Shown here: one piece after another, positions 12,972-25,067 of the stretch
Numbering within the stretch: the stretch's first letter is position 1
Layout: the number at the start of each line of letters is the position of its first letter
DNA from: Tubiluchus corallicola
Lineage: Eukaryota > Animalia > Priapulida
Direction of reading: 5' to 3'
NCBI GenBank assembly: GCA_030141605.1
Contig: JAQGDQ010001654.1
Location: 1 to 30,846, forward strand
Length of the DNA: 30,846 nucleotides
The notes under the pieces: model-generated
What the model was told of the DNA's origin: nothing
The model's database searches: none
What the model saw: only the letters and a program-made list of their open reading frames with translations
Translations under genes and position numbers: made by a program

Positions 12972-15900
12972 TTGAAACTTTAGGATGCCATTGCATAAAC
13001 TGGCAACTGCTACATTGAAACTTTAGGATGCTGTTGCATAAACTGGCAACTGCTACATTGAAACTTCAGGATGCTGTTGCATAAACTGGCAACTGCTACA
13101 TTGAAACTTTAGGATGCTGTTGCATAAACTGGCAACTGCTACACTGAAACTTTAGGATGCTGCAGCATAAACTTGCAACTGCTACATTGAAACTTTAGGA
13201 TGCTGTTGCATAAACTGGCAACTGCTACATTGAAACTTTAGGATGCCGTTGCATAAACTGGCAACTGCTACATTGAAGCTTTAGGATGCAGTTGCATAAA
13301 CTGGCAACTGCTACATTGAAACTTTAGGATGCAGTTGCATAAACTGGCAACTGCTACATTGAAGCTTTAGGATGCAGTTGCATAAACTGGCAACTGCTAC
13401 ATTGAAACTTTAGGATGCAGTTGCATAAACTGGCAACTGCTACATTGAAACTTTAGGATGCAGTTGCATAAACTGGCAACTGCTACATTGAAACTTTAGG
13501 ATGCTGTTGCATAAACTGGCAACTGCTACATTGAAACTTTAGGATGCTGTTGCATAAACTGGCAACTGCTACATTGAAACTAGGATGCTGTTGCATAAAC
13601 TGGCAACTGCTACATTGAAACTTTAGGATGCCGTTGCATAAATTGGCAACTGCTACATTGAAACTTTAGGATGCTATTGCATAAACTGGCAACTGCTACA
13701 TTGAAACTTTAGGATGCTGTTGCATAAACTGGCAACTGCTACATTGAAACTTTAGGATGCCGTTGCATAAACTGGCAACTGCTACATTGAAGCTTTAGGA
13801 TGCCGTTGCATAAACTGGCAACTGCTACATTGAAACTTTAGGATGCAGTTGCATAAACTGGCAACTGCTACATTGAAACTTTAGGATGCAGTTGCATAAA
13901 CTGGCAACTGCTACACTGAAACTTTAGGATGCCGTTGCATAAACTGGCAACTGCTACATTGAAACTTTAGGATGCTGTTGCATAAACTGGCAACTGCTAC
14001 ATTGAAACTTTAGGATGCTGCAGCATAAACTTGCAACTGCTACATTGAAACTTTAGGATGCCGTTGCATAAACTGGCAACTGCTACATTGAAACTTTAGG
14101 ATGCAGTTGCATAAACTGGCAACTGCTACATTGAAACTTTAGGATGCAGTTGCATAAACTGGCAACTGCTACACTGAAACTTTAGGATGCCGTTGCATAA
14201 ACTGGCAACTGCTACATTGAAACTTTAGGATGCTGTTGCATAAACTGGCAACTGCTACATTGAAACTTTAGGATGCCGTTGCATAAACTGGCAACTGCTA
14301 CATTGAAACTTTAGGATGCCGTTGCATAAACTGGCAACTGCTACATTGAAACTTTAGGATGCCGTTGCATAAACTGGCAACTGCTACATTGAAACTTTAG
14401 GATGCCGTTGCATAAACTGACAACTGCTACATTGAAACTTTAGGATGCAGTTGCATAAACTGGCAACTGCTACATTGAAACTTTAGGATGCAGTTGCATA
14501 ACCTGGCAACTGCTAGATTGAAACTTTAGGATGCTGTTGCATAAACTGGCAACTGCTACATTGAAACTTTAGGATGCCGTTGCATAAACTGGCAACTGCT
14601 ACATTGAAACTTTAGGATGCCGTTGCATAAACTGGCAACTGCTACATTGAAACTTTAGGATGCCGTTGCATAAACTGGCAACTGCTACATTGAAACTTTA
14701 GGATGCCGTTGCATAAACTGGCAACTGCTACATTGAAACTTTAGGATGCCGTTGCATAAACTGGCAACTGCTACATTGAAACTTTAGGATGCTGTTGCAT
14801 AAACTGGCAACTGCTACATTGAAACTTTAGGATGCTGTTGCATAAACTGGCAACTGCTACATTGAAACTTTAGTATGCTGTTGCATAACCTGACAACTGC
14901 TACATTGAAACTTTAGTATGCTGTTGCATAAACTGGCAACTACTACATTGAAACTTTAGGATGCTGTTGCATAAACTGACAACTGCTACATTGAAACTTT
15001 AGGATGCTGTTGCATAAACTGACAACTGCTACATTGAAACTTTAGGATGCCGTTGCATAAACTGGCAACTGCTACATTGAAACTTTAGGATGCCGTTGCA
15101 TAAACTGGCAACTGCTACATTGAAACTTTAGGATGCAGTTGCATAAACTGGCAACTGCTACATTGAAACTTTAGGTTGCAGTTGCATAACCTGGCAACTG
15201 CTAGATTGAAACTTTAGGATGCTGTTGCATAAACTGGCAACTGCTACATTGAAACTTTAGGATGCTGCAGCATAAACTTGCAACTGCTACATTGAAACTT
15301 TAGGATGCCGTTGCATAAACTGGCAACTGCTACATTGAAACTTTAGGATGCCGTTGCATAAACTGACAACTGCTACATTGAAACTTTAGGATGCAGTTGC
15401 ATAAACTGGCAACTGCTACATTGAAACTTTAGGATGCAGTTGCATAACCTGGCAACTGCTAGATTGAAACTTTAGGATGCTGTTGCATAAACTGGCAACT
15501 GCTACATTGAAACTTTAGGATGCCGTTGCATAAACTGGCAACTGCTACATTGAAACTTTAGGATGCCGTTGCATAAACTGGCAACTGCTACATTGAAACT
15601 TTAGGATGCTGTTGCATAAACTGGCAACTGCTACATTGAAACTTTAGGATGCCGCAGCATAAACTTGCAACTGCTACATTGAAACTTTAGGATGCCGTTG
15701 CATAAACTGGCAACTGCTACATTGAAACTTTAGGATGCCGTTGCATAAACTGACAACTGCTACATTGAAACTTTAGGATGCAGTTGCATAAACTGGCAAC
15801 TGCTACATTGAAACTTTAGGATGCCGTTGCATAACCTGGCAACTGCTAGATTGAAACTTTAGGATGCTGTTGCATAAACTGGCAACTGCTACATTGAAAC

Positions 15901-16340
15901 TTTAGGATGCCGTTGCATAAACTGGCAACTGCTACATTGAAACTTTAGGATGCAGTTGCATAAACTGGCAACTGCTAGATTGAAACTTTAGGATGCTGTT
16001 GCATAAACTGGCAACTGCTACATTGAAACTTTAGGATGCCGTTGCATAAACTGGCAACTGCTACATTGAAACTTTAGGATGCCGTTGCATAAACTGGCAA
16101 CTGCTACATTGAAACTTTAGGATGCCGTTGCATAAACCTTCAACTGCTACATTGAAACTTTAGGATGCCGTTGCATAAACTGGCAACTGCTACATTGAAA
16201 CTTTAGGATGCCGTTGCACAAACTGGCAACTGCTACATTGAAACTTTAGGATGCTGTTGCATAAACTGGCAACTGCTACATTGAAGCTTTAGGATGCAGT
16301 TGCATAAACTGGCAACTGCTACATTGAAACTTTAAGATGC
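12972..16340. repeat. 43-bp satellite, about 78 copies, inside the receptor intron
   Basis: Unit gaaactttaggatgc(t/c/a)gttgcataaactggcaactgctacatt; period confirmed at 12974, 13017, 13060 and 13103. Confidence 0.98.
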
Positions 16341-16636
16341 TAATGCCTTATATGACTAACGCAGTCTTAGAACTTTAGGATGCTCTGCACTGGATTATTG
16401 GCTAAAGCAGTTTGAGGAATTTTGAGTTATTATCGCGCTAATGACTAGTGTAATTACAGAACATTAGGATGATGTTGCATAATTGATTAATGAAATTTAA
16501 AATTTTAGGATGCGGTTGGCTTATTGCCAAGAATGGCCTGGGAAGCCTGTAGTGCTGCTGCGGCACTGCACTGTTTGCTAATGTAACCTTGCTACGTCAG
16601 GATTATGTTGTTTTACTTGTCAAAGAAACATCGGGA

Positions 16637-19368
16637 CGATGTGGCATTGTTGGTTGATGAAAACAGACCAATGCAATTTTACAACTGTAATATGATGTGG
16701 CATTGTTGATTGATGAAAACAGACCAATGCAACCTTACAACTTTAATATGATGTTGCATTGTTGATTGATGAAAACAGACTAATGCAACATTACAACTTT
16801 AATATGATGTGGCATTGTTGACTGATGAAAACAGACCAATGCAACCTTACAACTGTAAGATGATGTTGCATTGTTGACTGATGAAAACAGACTAATGCAA
16901 CATTACAACTTTAATATGATGTGGCATTGTTGATTGATGAAAACAGACTAATGCAACCTTACAACTGTAATATGATGTGGCATTGTTGATTGATGAAAAC
17001 AGACCAATGCAACCTTACAACTGTAATATGATGTGGCATTGTTGATTGATGAAAACAGACCAATGCAACCTTACAACTTTAATATGATGTTGCATTGTTG
17101 ATTGATGAAAACAGACTAATGCAACATTACAACTTTAATATGATGTGGCATTGTTGACTGATGAAAACAGACCAATGCAACCTTACAACTTTAATATGAT
17201 GTTGCATTGTTGACTGATGAAAACAGACCAATGCAACCTTACAACTGTAATATGATGTTGCATTGTTGATTGATGAAAACAGACTAATGCAACATTACAA
17301 CTTTAATATGATGTGGCATTGTTGACTGATGAAAACAGACCAATGCAACCTTACAACTGTAATATGATGTTGCATTGTTGATTGATGAAAACAGACTAAT
17401 GCAACCTTACAACTTGAAGATGATGTTGCATTGTTGATTGATGAAAACAGACCAATGCAACCTTACAACTGTAATATGATGTGGCATTGTTGATTGATGA
17501 AAACAGACTAATGCAACCTTACAACTGTAATATGATGTGGCATTGTTGATTGATGAAAACAGACTAATGCAACCTTACAACTTTAAAATGATGTGGCATT
17601 GTTGATTGATGAAAACAGACCAATGCAACCTTACAACTGTAAGATGATGTGGCATTGTTGATTGATGAAAACAGACCAATGCAACCTTACAACTTGAAGA
17701 TGATATTGCATTGTTGATTGATGAAAACAGACCAATGCAACCTTACAACTGTAATATGATGTGGCATTGTTGACTGATGAAAACAGACTAATGCAACCTT
17801 ACAACTTGAAGATGATGTTGCATTGTTGATTGATGAAAACAGACTAATGCAACCTTACAACTGTAATATGATGTGGCATTGTTGACTGATGAAAACAGAC
17901 TAATGCAACCTTACAACTTGAAGATGATATTCCATTGTTGATTGATGAAAACAGACCAATGCAACCTTACAACTGTAATATGATGTGGCATTGTTGACTG
18001 ATGAAAACAGACTAATGCAACCTTACAACTGTAATATGATGTGGCATTGTTGATTGATGAAAACAGACTAATGCAACCTTACAACTGTAATATGATGTTG
18101 CATTGTTGACTGATGAAAACAGACCAATGCAACCTTACAACTTGAAGATGATGTTGCATTGTTGATTGATGAAAACAGACCAATGCAACCTTACAACTGT
18201 AATATGATGTGGCCTTGTTGACTGATGAAAACAGACTAATGCAACCTTACAACTGTAATATGATGTGGCATTGTTGATTGATGAAAACAGACCAATGCAA
18301 CCTTACAACTGTAATATGATGTGGCATTGTTGACTGATGAAAACAGACTAATGCAATCTTACAACTTTAAGATGATGTTGCATTGTTGACTGATGAAAAC
18401 AGACCAATGCAACCTTACAACTTTAATATGATGTTGCATTGTTGATTGATGAAAACAGACTAATGCAACCTTACAACTGTAAGATGATGTTGCATTGTTG
18501 ATTGATGAAAACAGACCAATGCAACCTTACAACTGTAATATGATGTGGCATTGTTGATTGATGAAAACAGACTAATGCAACCTTACAACTGTAAGATGAT
18601 GTTGCATTGTTGATTGATGAAAACAGACCAATGCAACCTTACAACTTTAAGATGATGTTGCATTGTTGACTGATGAAAACAGACTAATGCAACCTTACAA
18701 CTGTAAAATGATGTTGCATTGTTGATTGATGAAAACAGACTAATGCAACCTTACAACTGTAATATGATGTGGCATTGTTGATTGATGAAAACAGACCAAT
18801 GCAACCTTACAACTGTAATATGATGTGGCATTGTTGATTGATGAAAACAGACCAATGCAACCTTACAACTGTAATATGATGTTGCATTGTTGACTGATGA
18901 AAACAGACCAATGCAACCTTACAACTGTAATATGATGTGGCATTGTTGACTGATGAAAACAGACTAATGCAACCTTACAACTGTAAGATGATGTTGCATT
19001 GTTGATTGATGAAAACAGACTAATGCAACCTTACAACTGTAATATGATGTGGCATTGTTGATTGATGAAAACAGACCAATGCAGCCTTACAACTGTAATA
19101 TGATGTGGCATTGTTGATTGATGAAAACAGATCCATGCAACCTTACAACTGTAAGATGATGTGGCATTGTTGATTGATGAAAACAGACCAATGCAACCTT
19201 ACAACTTTAATATGATGTTGCATTGTTGATTGATGAAAACAGATCCATGCAACCTTACAACTGTAATATGATGTGGCATTGTTGACTGATGAAAACAGAC
19301 TAATGCAACCTTACAACTGTAAGATGATGTGGCATTGTTGATTGATGAAAATAACCTAATGCAACCTT
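16637..19368. repeat. 56-bp satellite, about 48 copies, inside the receptor intron
   Basis: Unit tgatgt(g/t)gcattgttga(t/c)tgatgaaaacagac(c/t)aatgcaaccttacaactgtaata; period confirmed at 16715 and 16771. Confidence 0.98.
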
Positions 19369-19810
19369 AAGATGACGTTGTTGTGTTAATGAAACCTTGC
19401 AACTTGCTGTTGCAAAATAACCTATTAGCAGCGACCGTGCTGCCATCTGTAGTAATGTGATCGTTTAGTGAGTTTTTAACTCTTTGAGAAGAAGAAATGA
19501 ATGGAAACGTTGGATGAGAATGACACACATGGTGGATCAAACGTGGATGGCAGTCACCATTCGTGGATTGTCTGCAAAGCAACGAAATAACGCACCCTCA
19601 TTCACGCATGCGCAATTGTGTGTATGGACTTGAAACAAGTGCAAGGTTTTTTAAAACGTTTTCTAAAAGCTACAGCAGCTAAAAAGAACTGCTTCCGCTA
19701 ACTAACAAAAATTCGTAAATGTTTCTCTGTTTTAGAGACAGAGGGCGCTGTGAAAATGAGCTTGAGTTACAGCCACACAACACTGCGTGCTGCCGTATTT
19801 AGCTCATTAA

Positions 19811-20263
19811 CCCTTTCATACCCGTTGTATCCCGTGGGATACGAGAATATTCTTTGTCTTTAAAATTAATTTAAAACTGACACTTATTTGATCTGTTAAT
19901 AGTTATTTTGATTTAAGCCAATAACAATAGACTAAAAATGGTGATAAAATGGCAAACTAGAAAATCTACATAGCATAAAAAACTGCGCAAGGTACAGTAC
20001 TTTAGAGACGACTTTGTACAGATCAGCATAGCATACATACGAAATGTCTTAAATACTTTAAAAAATTATCAGCAGTTGCAAAATGAAGCACATTTTAAGC
20101 TTCCATTGAATCCCAATGTATCCCATGGGATACAGGCTATATTTAGCACACGGGCACAGGTAGAAAAAAATAATTATTATGTGTAAAAAAGATGGACATA
20201 CTGAACGAAAGTACCAAGCCAAAAATTTTTTCTTATTAAAAAAATAATTTGGGACTGAAAGGG
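19811..20263. mobile_element. piggyBac-type non-autonomous element (453 bp)
   Basis: TTAA target duplication at 19807-19810 and 20264-20267. TIRs are CCCTTTCATACCC and GGGACTGAAAGGG (11 of 13 match). The palindrome tgtatccc.tgggatac occurs twice inside. Confidence 0.85.
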
Positions 20264-20846
20264 TTAAACCTGGAAAACAGGATGTATTTGACCAGCCTGG
20301 AAAAGTAAACTAGCCCTGACACGTCTGACAAAAGCTGACACGAAGTCGAATTCACTCTCGCAAAATTTTCATTTAGAAGCCATTGATTCTTCCCCTCGAG
20401 TCACGTGACGTTCGAAATTAAAATGACAAAACGGGAGCTTTGTTTTCTCGTCTCCCCCCTAAAGACCTCACGTCAATCTCTCGTGCTGCAATGATAAACA
20501 GTTTTGTGCTTTTGCGAGTAGGAAATGTTTGCGGAACCAGCAAAATTTATCTGGAAAAACTACAAAGCATAATCTGATCTTTCCTTGATTGATACGAAGC
20601 CTCAACGATTTTGCATTTTATCCGAGTTTCATCATAATATTGAGAGTGGGGTATTTGCATAATATTCCCATTTCATCCGCTGCACCATTTATGAACTAAT
20701 ACATGCACATCCATCGTATGATTAACAACATAATCTTAGAAATGATGTATCATTATTGTTATTGCCTCTTAATCCTGGGATGCGCAGAAGTTTTTCCGTA
20801 ATTGCAAAGCGGAAGCTGAGAGTTTCTCTGTAGCAAGACATACGAA

Positions 20847-20872
20847 CAGCATCGTATGGAGATTGTGACATC

Positions 20873-20909
<37 letters not shown>

Positions 20910-21009
20910 GCAGCAGCAGCAGCAGCAGCATCGTATGGAGATTATGACATCAACAACAACAACAACAACAGCAGCAGCATCGTATGGTGATTATGACATC
21001 ATCATCATC

Positions 21010-21076
<67 letters not shown>

Positions 21077-21109
21077 GCAGCAGCATCGTATGGTGATTAT
21101 GACATCATC

Positions 21110-21140
<31 letters not shown>

Positions 21141-21176
21141 GCAGCAGCAGCAGCAGCATCGTATGGTATTTATGAC

Positions 21177-21235
<59 letters not shown>

Positions 21236-21273
21236 GCAGCAGCAGCATCGTATGGGGATTATGACATCAACAA
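20847..21273. repeat. Compound minisatellite: constant ~26-bp motif separated by variable (CAA)n(CAG)m
   Basis: Six copies of cagcatcgtatgg.gattatgacatc. Confidence 0.9.
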
Positions 21274-21427
21274 CACTTTTAATAAGAAGGTAAAGAAAAA
21301 AACAACGACATTAATTATTTTGGGGGGCAATGGCAACAAAAGCAACAGCCATAAGTGCCACTATTGTCGTTTATTTTCGTCTTCATCAACATCATCGCCT
21401 TTCTTATCAGCGTATAAGCATAAATAA

Positions 21428-21433
21428 TCGTCG

Positions 21434-21527
<94 letters not shown>

Positions 21528-22153
21528 ACTCGTCATCGTCATCATCAACACCGTCATCATCGTCGTCGTCGTCGTTATCATCATCAACATCATCATCATC
21601 ATCATCATCATCGTCATCATCGTCGTCGTTATCATCATCAACATCATAATCATCATCTTCATCATCATCTTCATCATCGCCATCATCATCATCATCATCG
21701 TCATTGCTATCAGTAGCTAGGAGCAGAAGGTGCAGCAGGAAAAACAGAAGCAGTAGAACAATTAACAACAATAACAATGATAATAACAATGACAACAATG
21801 AGAATAACAATAGCATCAGCAACAATAGTATATCAATCGCAACACTAAATAGCAGCCAGTTGCACACTGATGGTGATGATAGCAATATAACAATAACAAT
21901 GACGACGACGACAACAACAACAACAATAACAACAGCAGAACAACAACAACAAAAACAATGACAAGGACAACGACAATGACAACAAAAACAACACCAACAA
22001 CAACAACAACAATAACAACAACATCGCCAAAGACAACAATAATGACAACAACAACAACAACAATGACAACAACAACAACAACAATAACAACAGCAGAACA
22101 ACAACAACAACAGCACCAACAGGAGCAACAGCAGCAGCAGAGCAACAACAACA
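21428..22153. repeat. (CAT/CGT)n and (CAA)n-rich low-complexity tract at the 5' end of the intron
   Basis: Seen directly in the sequence. Confidence 0.95.
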
Positions 22154-22165
22154 TAATATTATTAC

Positions 22166-22984
22166 CTGTAATCTTGAACTGGAAGCACTACTTTGACCAT
22201 GATGTCCATGCGCTGTACACCTAGACGAGTAAATTGTCTGCGAATTTGAGCTGGCATTTGGAGTCTTTGGCACGAATTCCGAGAATAAAATACGCGCTAT
22301 CAGAGCGTAGAGAACGCACGACATCAGCAACGGAACAGCGTAGAACATTATAAAGTCAAACAAAAACACCCACAAGTACTGGTCCCGCCTCAGTCTAAAC
22401 GTGCACTCTTCGGTCTCCTCTGCGTCGCTGTAGTAATGTTTCTCTAGCGTGGTGAGTCCAATCCACGGGCTGTTGTAGATGATAGCGAACGTCCAGACGC
22501 AGATGATGATCTTCTTGGCTCTTTCCATGGTGCACACCACTTGCGCCTTCATCGGATGACATATGGCGATGTATCTCTCGATGGTGAACGCAGTGATGGA
22601 CAGAGAAGAAGCGTTGATGCCGAGATACTGAAGAAAAATCAATAACGTGCAGCCCACGTGACCCCACAGCCATTCCTGCACTATGAGATAAGCACCTATG
22701 ATTTCGTTAGGGATGGTCGTCACTAGGACGATGATGTCGGCAACGGCAAGACTTACTAAGTAACAGTTTGTGGGAGAATGCATACTCTTCGTTCTCGTGA
22801 CTACGGTGACGACCATGACGTTGCCTATGATTCCTACGAAGAAGATGGCGCTGCAGAATAAGGTTAGCACTATACGATAGGGTTGCGTGTAGTACGTCGC
22901 GTTGCGTAGCAACGGCGCGACGCTGGTGTTGTCGACACCCGCAGTAGAGATATTCATGAAAACTGTTAAGTTCAGAGACTCCAT
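22166..22984 (-). CDS. TRHR: TRH receptor-type class A GPCR, first coding exon (N-terminus, TM1-TM5, ICL3; 273 codons)
   Basis: Translation contains GIIGN (TM1), PTNCYLVSLAVAD (TM2), LQYLGINASSLSITAFTIERYIAICHP (TM3, very close to vertebrate TRHR) and FYAVPLL (TM5). N-glycosylation sequons lie in the N-terminus. The exon ends SSRLQ at the donor CAG|GTAAT (22166/22165), after which the ORF runs into microsatellite. Confidence 0.95.
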
Positions 22985-23040
22985 TTTGCTGAGAATTCAG
23001 GTCACATGATCATCTACTGCAAATAGAAAAGAGAAAACGA
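22985..23040 (-). other. Probable 5'UTR splice acceptor and short 5'UTR segment of the receptor gene
   Basis: The minus strand reads tcgttttctcttttctatttgcag|TAG about 32 nt upstream of the ATG (polypyrimidine tract plus CAG). Start context is CAAAATGG. Confidence 0.6.
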
Positions 23041-23173
23041 ATCAAAAAGAGGGAAATAAAAAAGAAAACGACCTAGAAATTGACAATATCATTAATTAGA
23101 ATATGATTGTCAATGCTAGAATGTTCAAATATCATAGAGGTTTATTTTCACAATTACACAGTTACCAGAACAC

Positions 23174-23246
23174 GAACTAGTAGCTAAGGTGGCCAGAGTA
23201 CGAGAAGTCTAATCCCAGGTCTCAGGTTCGAGTCCCGACTGGTTCA
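23174..23246 (+). pseudogene. tRNA-like sequence (pseudo-tRNA or SINE head; TCT at the anticodon position)
   Basis: 73-nt cloverleaf spacing: acceptor GAACTAG/CTGGTTC, T-arm TCAGG-TTCGAGT-CCCGA, A and B boxes, T5 at 23250-23254. The anticodon stem has two mismatches and there is no U33. Confidence 0.7.
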
Positions 23247-23299
23247 TAATTTTTCAGCGTCTCCTTCTTTTCTTCAACTCATTACACGCAATGGGCAAT

Positions 23300-23488
23300 A
23301 ATTGTTATGAAACAAACTGCAATAAGTTTTTTCACAGTTTCTTTGTGCGCATGCGCAGTTTCTGTAGCTAAAAGGTTAAGTGTACCACAGAAACGCATCT
23401 TAACTACACAGTCACGTGACTTGTGTGTGTAAGGCAATGGTGTCTGCCTCATCAGTTCAGTAACTTCAGTTGTTTTACATGGACTTTA
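23300..23488 (-). repeat. Dispersed repeat family R
   Basis: Reverse complement matches parts of 11415-11710 and 29890-30060. Confidence 0.75.
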
Positions 23489-24678
23489 ATTGACATAATT
23501 GACATTCGCATTGACATTACTAATGACATTGTCGTTAACAGTGACAGTAACACTGACATTGACATATTTGACATTAGTGCTGACATCGGCATTGACATTA
23601 ATAGTGACATTAACACTGGCACTTACATTGACATTGACATAATTGACATTAGTGCTGACATTGTCCTTAACAGTTACATTAACATTGACTTTGACATTGA
23701 CATTGATGTTGACATTGACAATGACATTGACATTGACACTAACTTTGACATTGACATTGACATTAATAGTGACATTAACACTGACATTGACATATTTGAC
23801 ATTAGTGCTGACATCGGCATTGACATTAATAGTGACATTAACACTGGCACTGACATTGACATAATTGACATTAGTGCTGACATTGGCATTGGCATCAATA
23901 GTGACATTGTCCTTAACAGTTATATTAACATTGACTTTGACATTGACGTTGACGTTGACGTTGACACTGACACTGACACTGACACTGACACTGACACTGA
24001 CACTGACACTGACACTGACACTGACGTTGACGTTGACGCTGACGCTGACATTGACACTGACACTGACACTGACACTGACACTGACACTGACACTGACACT
24101 GACGTTGACGTTGACGCTGACGCTGACATTGACATTGACGCTGACGCTGACGCTGACGCTGACGCTGACGCTGACGCTGACGTTGACATTGACGTTGACG
24201 CTGACGCTGACACTGACGTTGACGCTGACGCTGACGCTGACGCTGACATTGACATTGACGTTGACGTTGACGTTGACGTTGACACTGACGTTGACGCTGA
24301 CGCTGACGCTGACACTGACACTGACACTGACACTGACACTGACGCTGACGCTGACACTGACACTGACACTGACACTGACACTGACATTGACATGGACACT
24401 GACACTGACACTGACACTGACACTGACACTGACACTGACACTGACACTGACACTGACGTTGACGTTGACATTGACGCTGACGCTGACGCTGACACTGACG
24501 CTGACGCTGACGCTGACGCTGACGCTGACGCTGACGCTGACACTGACACTGACACTGACACTGACACTGACACTGACACTGACACTGACACTGACACTGA
24601 CACTGACACTGACACTGACACTGACATTGACATTGACATTGACATGGACACTGACATTAGCATTAATGCAGACATTAA
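23489..24678. repeat. Hexamer repeat GAC(A/G)(C/T)T
   Basis: Runs of gacatt, gacact, gacgtt and gacgct. Confidence 0.95.
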
Positions 24679-25067
24679 CACGTGCAGAACATTATAACGT
24701 TAAGATTAGTCCCGACTATTCCACGAACTTGTGTAGTCTGTTTAATGTTATCATATTGCATGGACACAAGCGTCCATGGACACAAGCGTCCATGGATACA
24801 AGAGTCCCGGCTTTGATCAGGTTTATCAATATTGCCGCTTAAACGCGGCGTACTTGATCTCTTACTGACATATTCATGTAATCATTTTAGTATGTAGTTT
24901 GGCTTTCATTGGTTTGCTATTATGTCCGTCTGCTACTCATGCAAAATACATGCCCTGCGCATGTTTGGCTTCAGTTCTGAATAGCGTCTTCTCCATGAAG
25001 CAACATAAAATGACTTAGTCATAATAACGACTCCACGTTTTTCTAAAAATAATCTATCCAGGCCCAA

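Noticed and set aside
21845-22165. C-terminal poly-Leu extension of the 379-aa ORF as TM6/TM7
   Set aside because: It is intronic (TTG)n read-through past the GT donor; the real TM6-TM7 are at 12507-12217.
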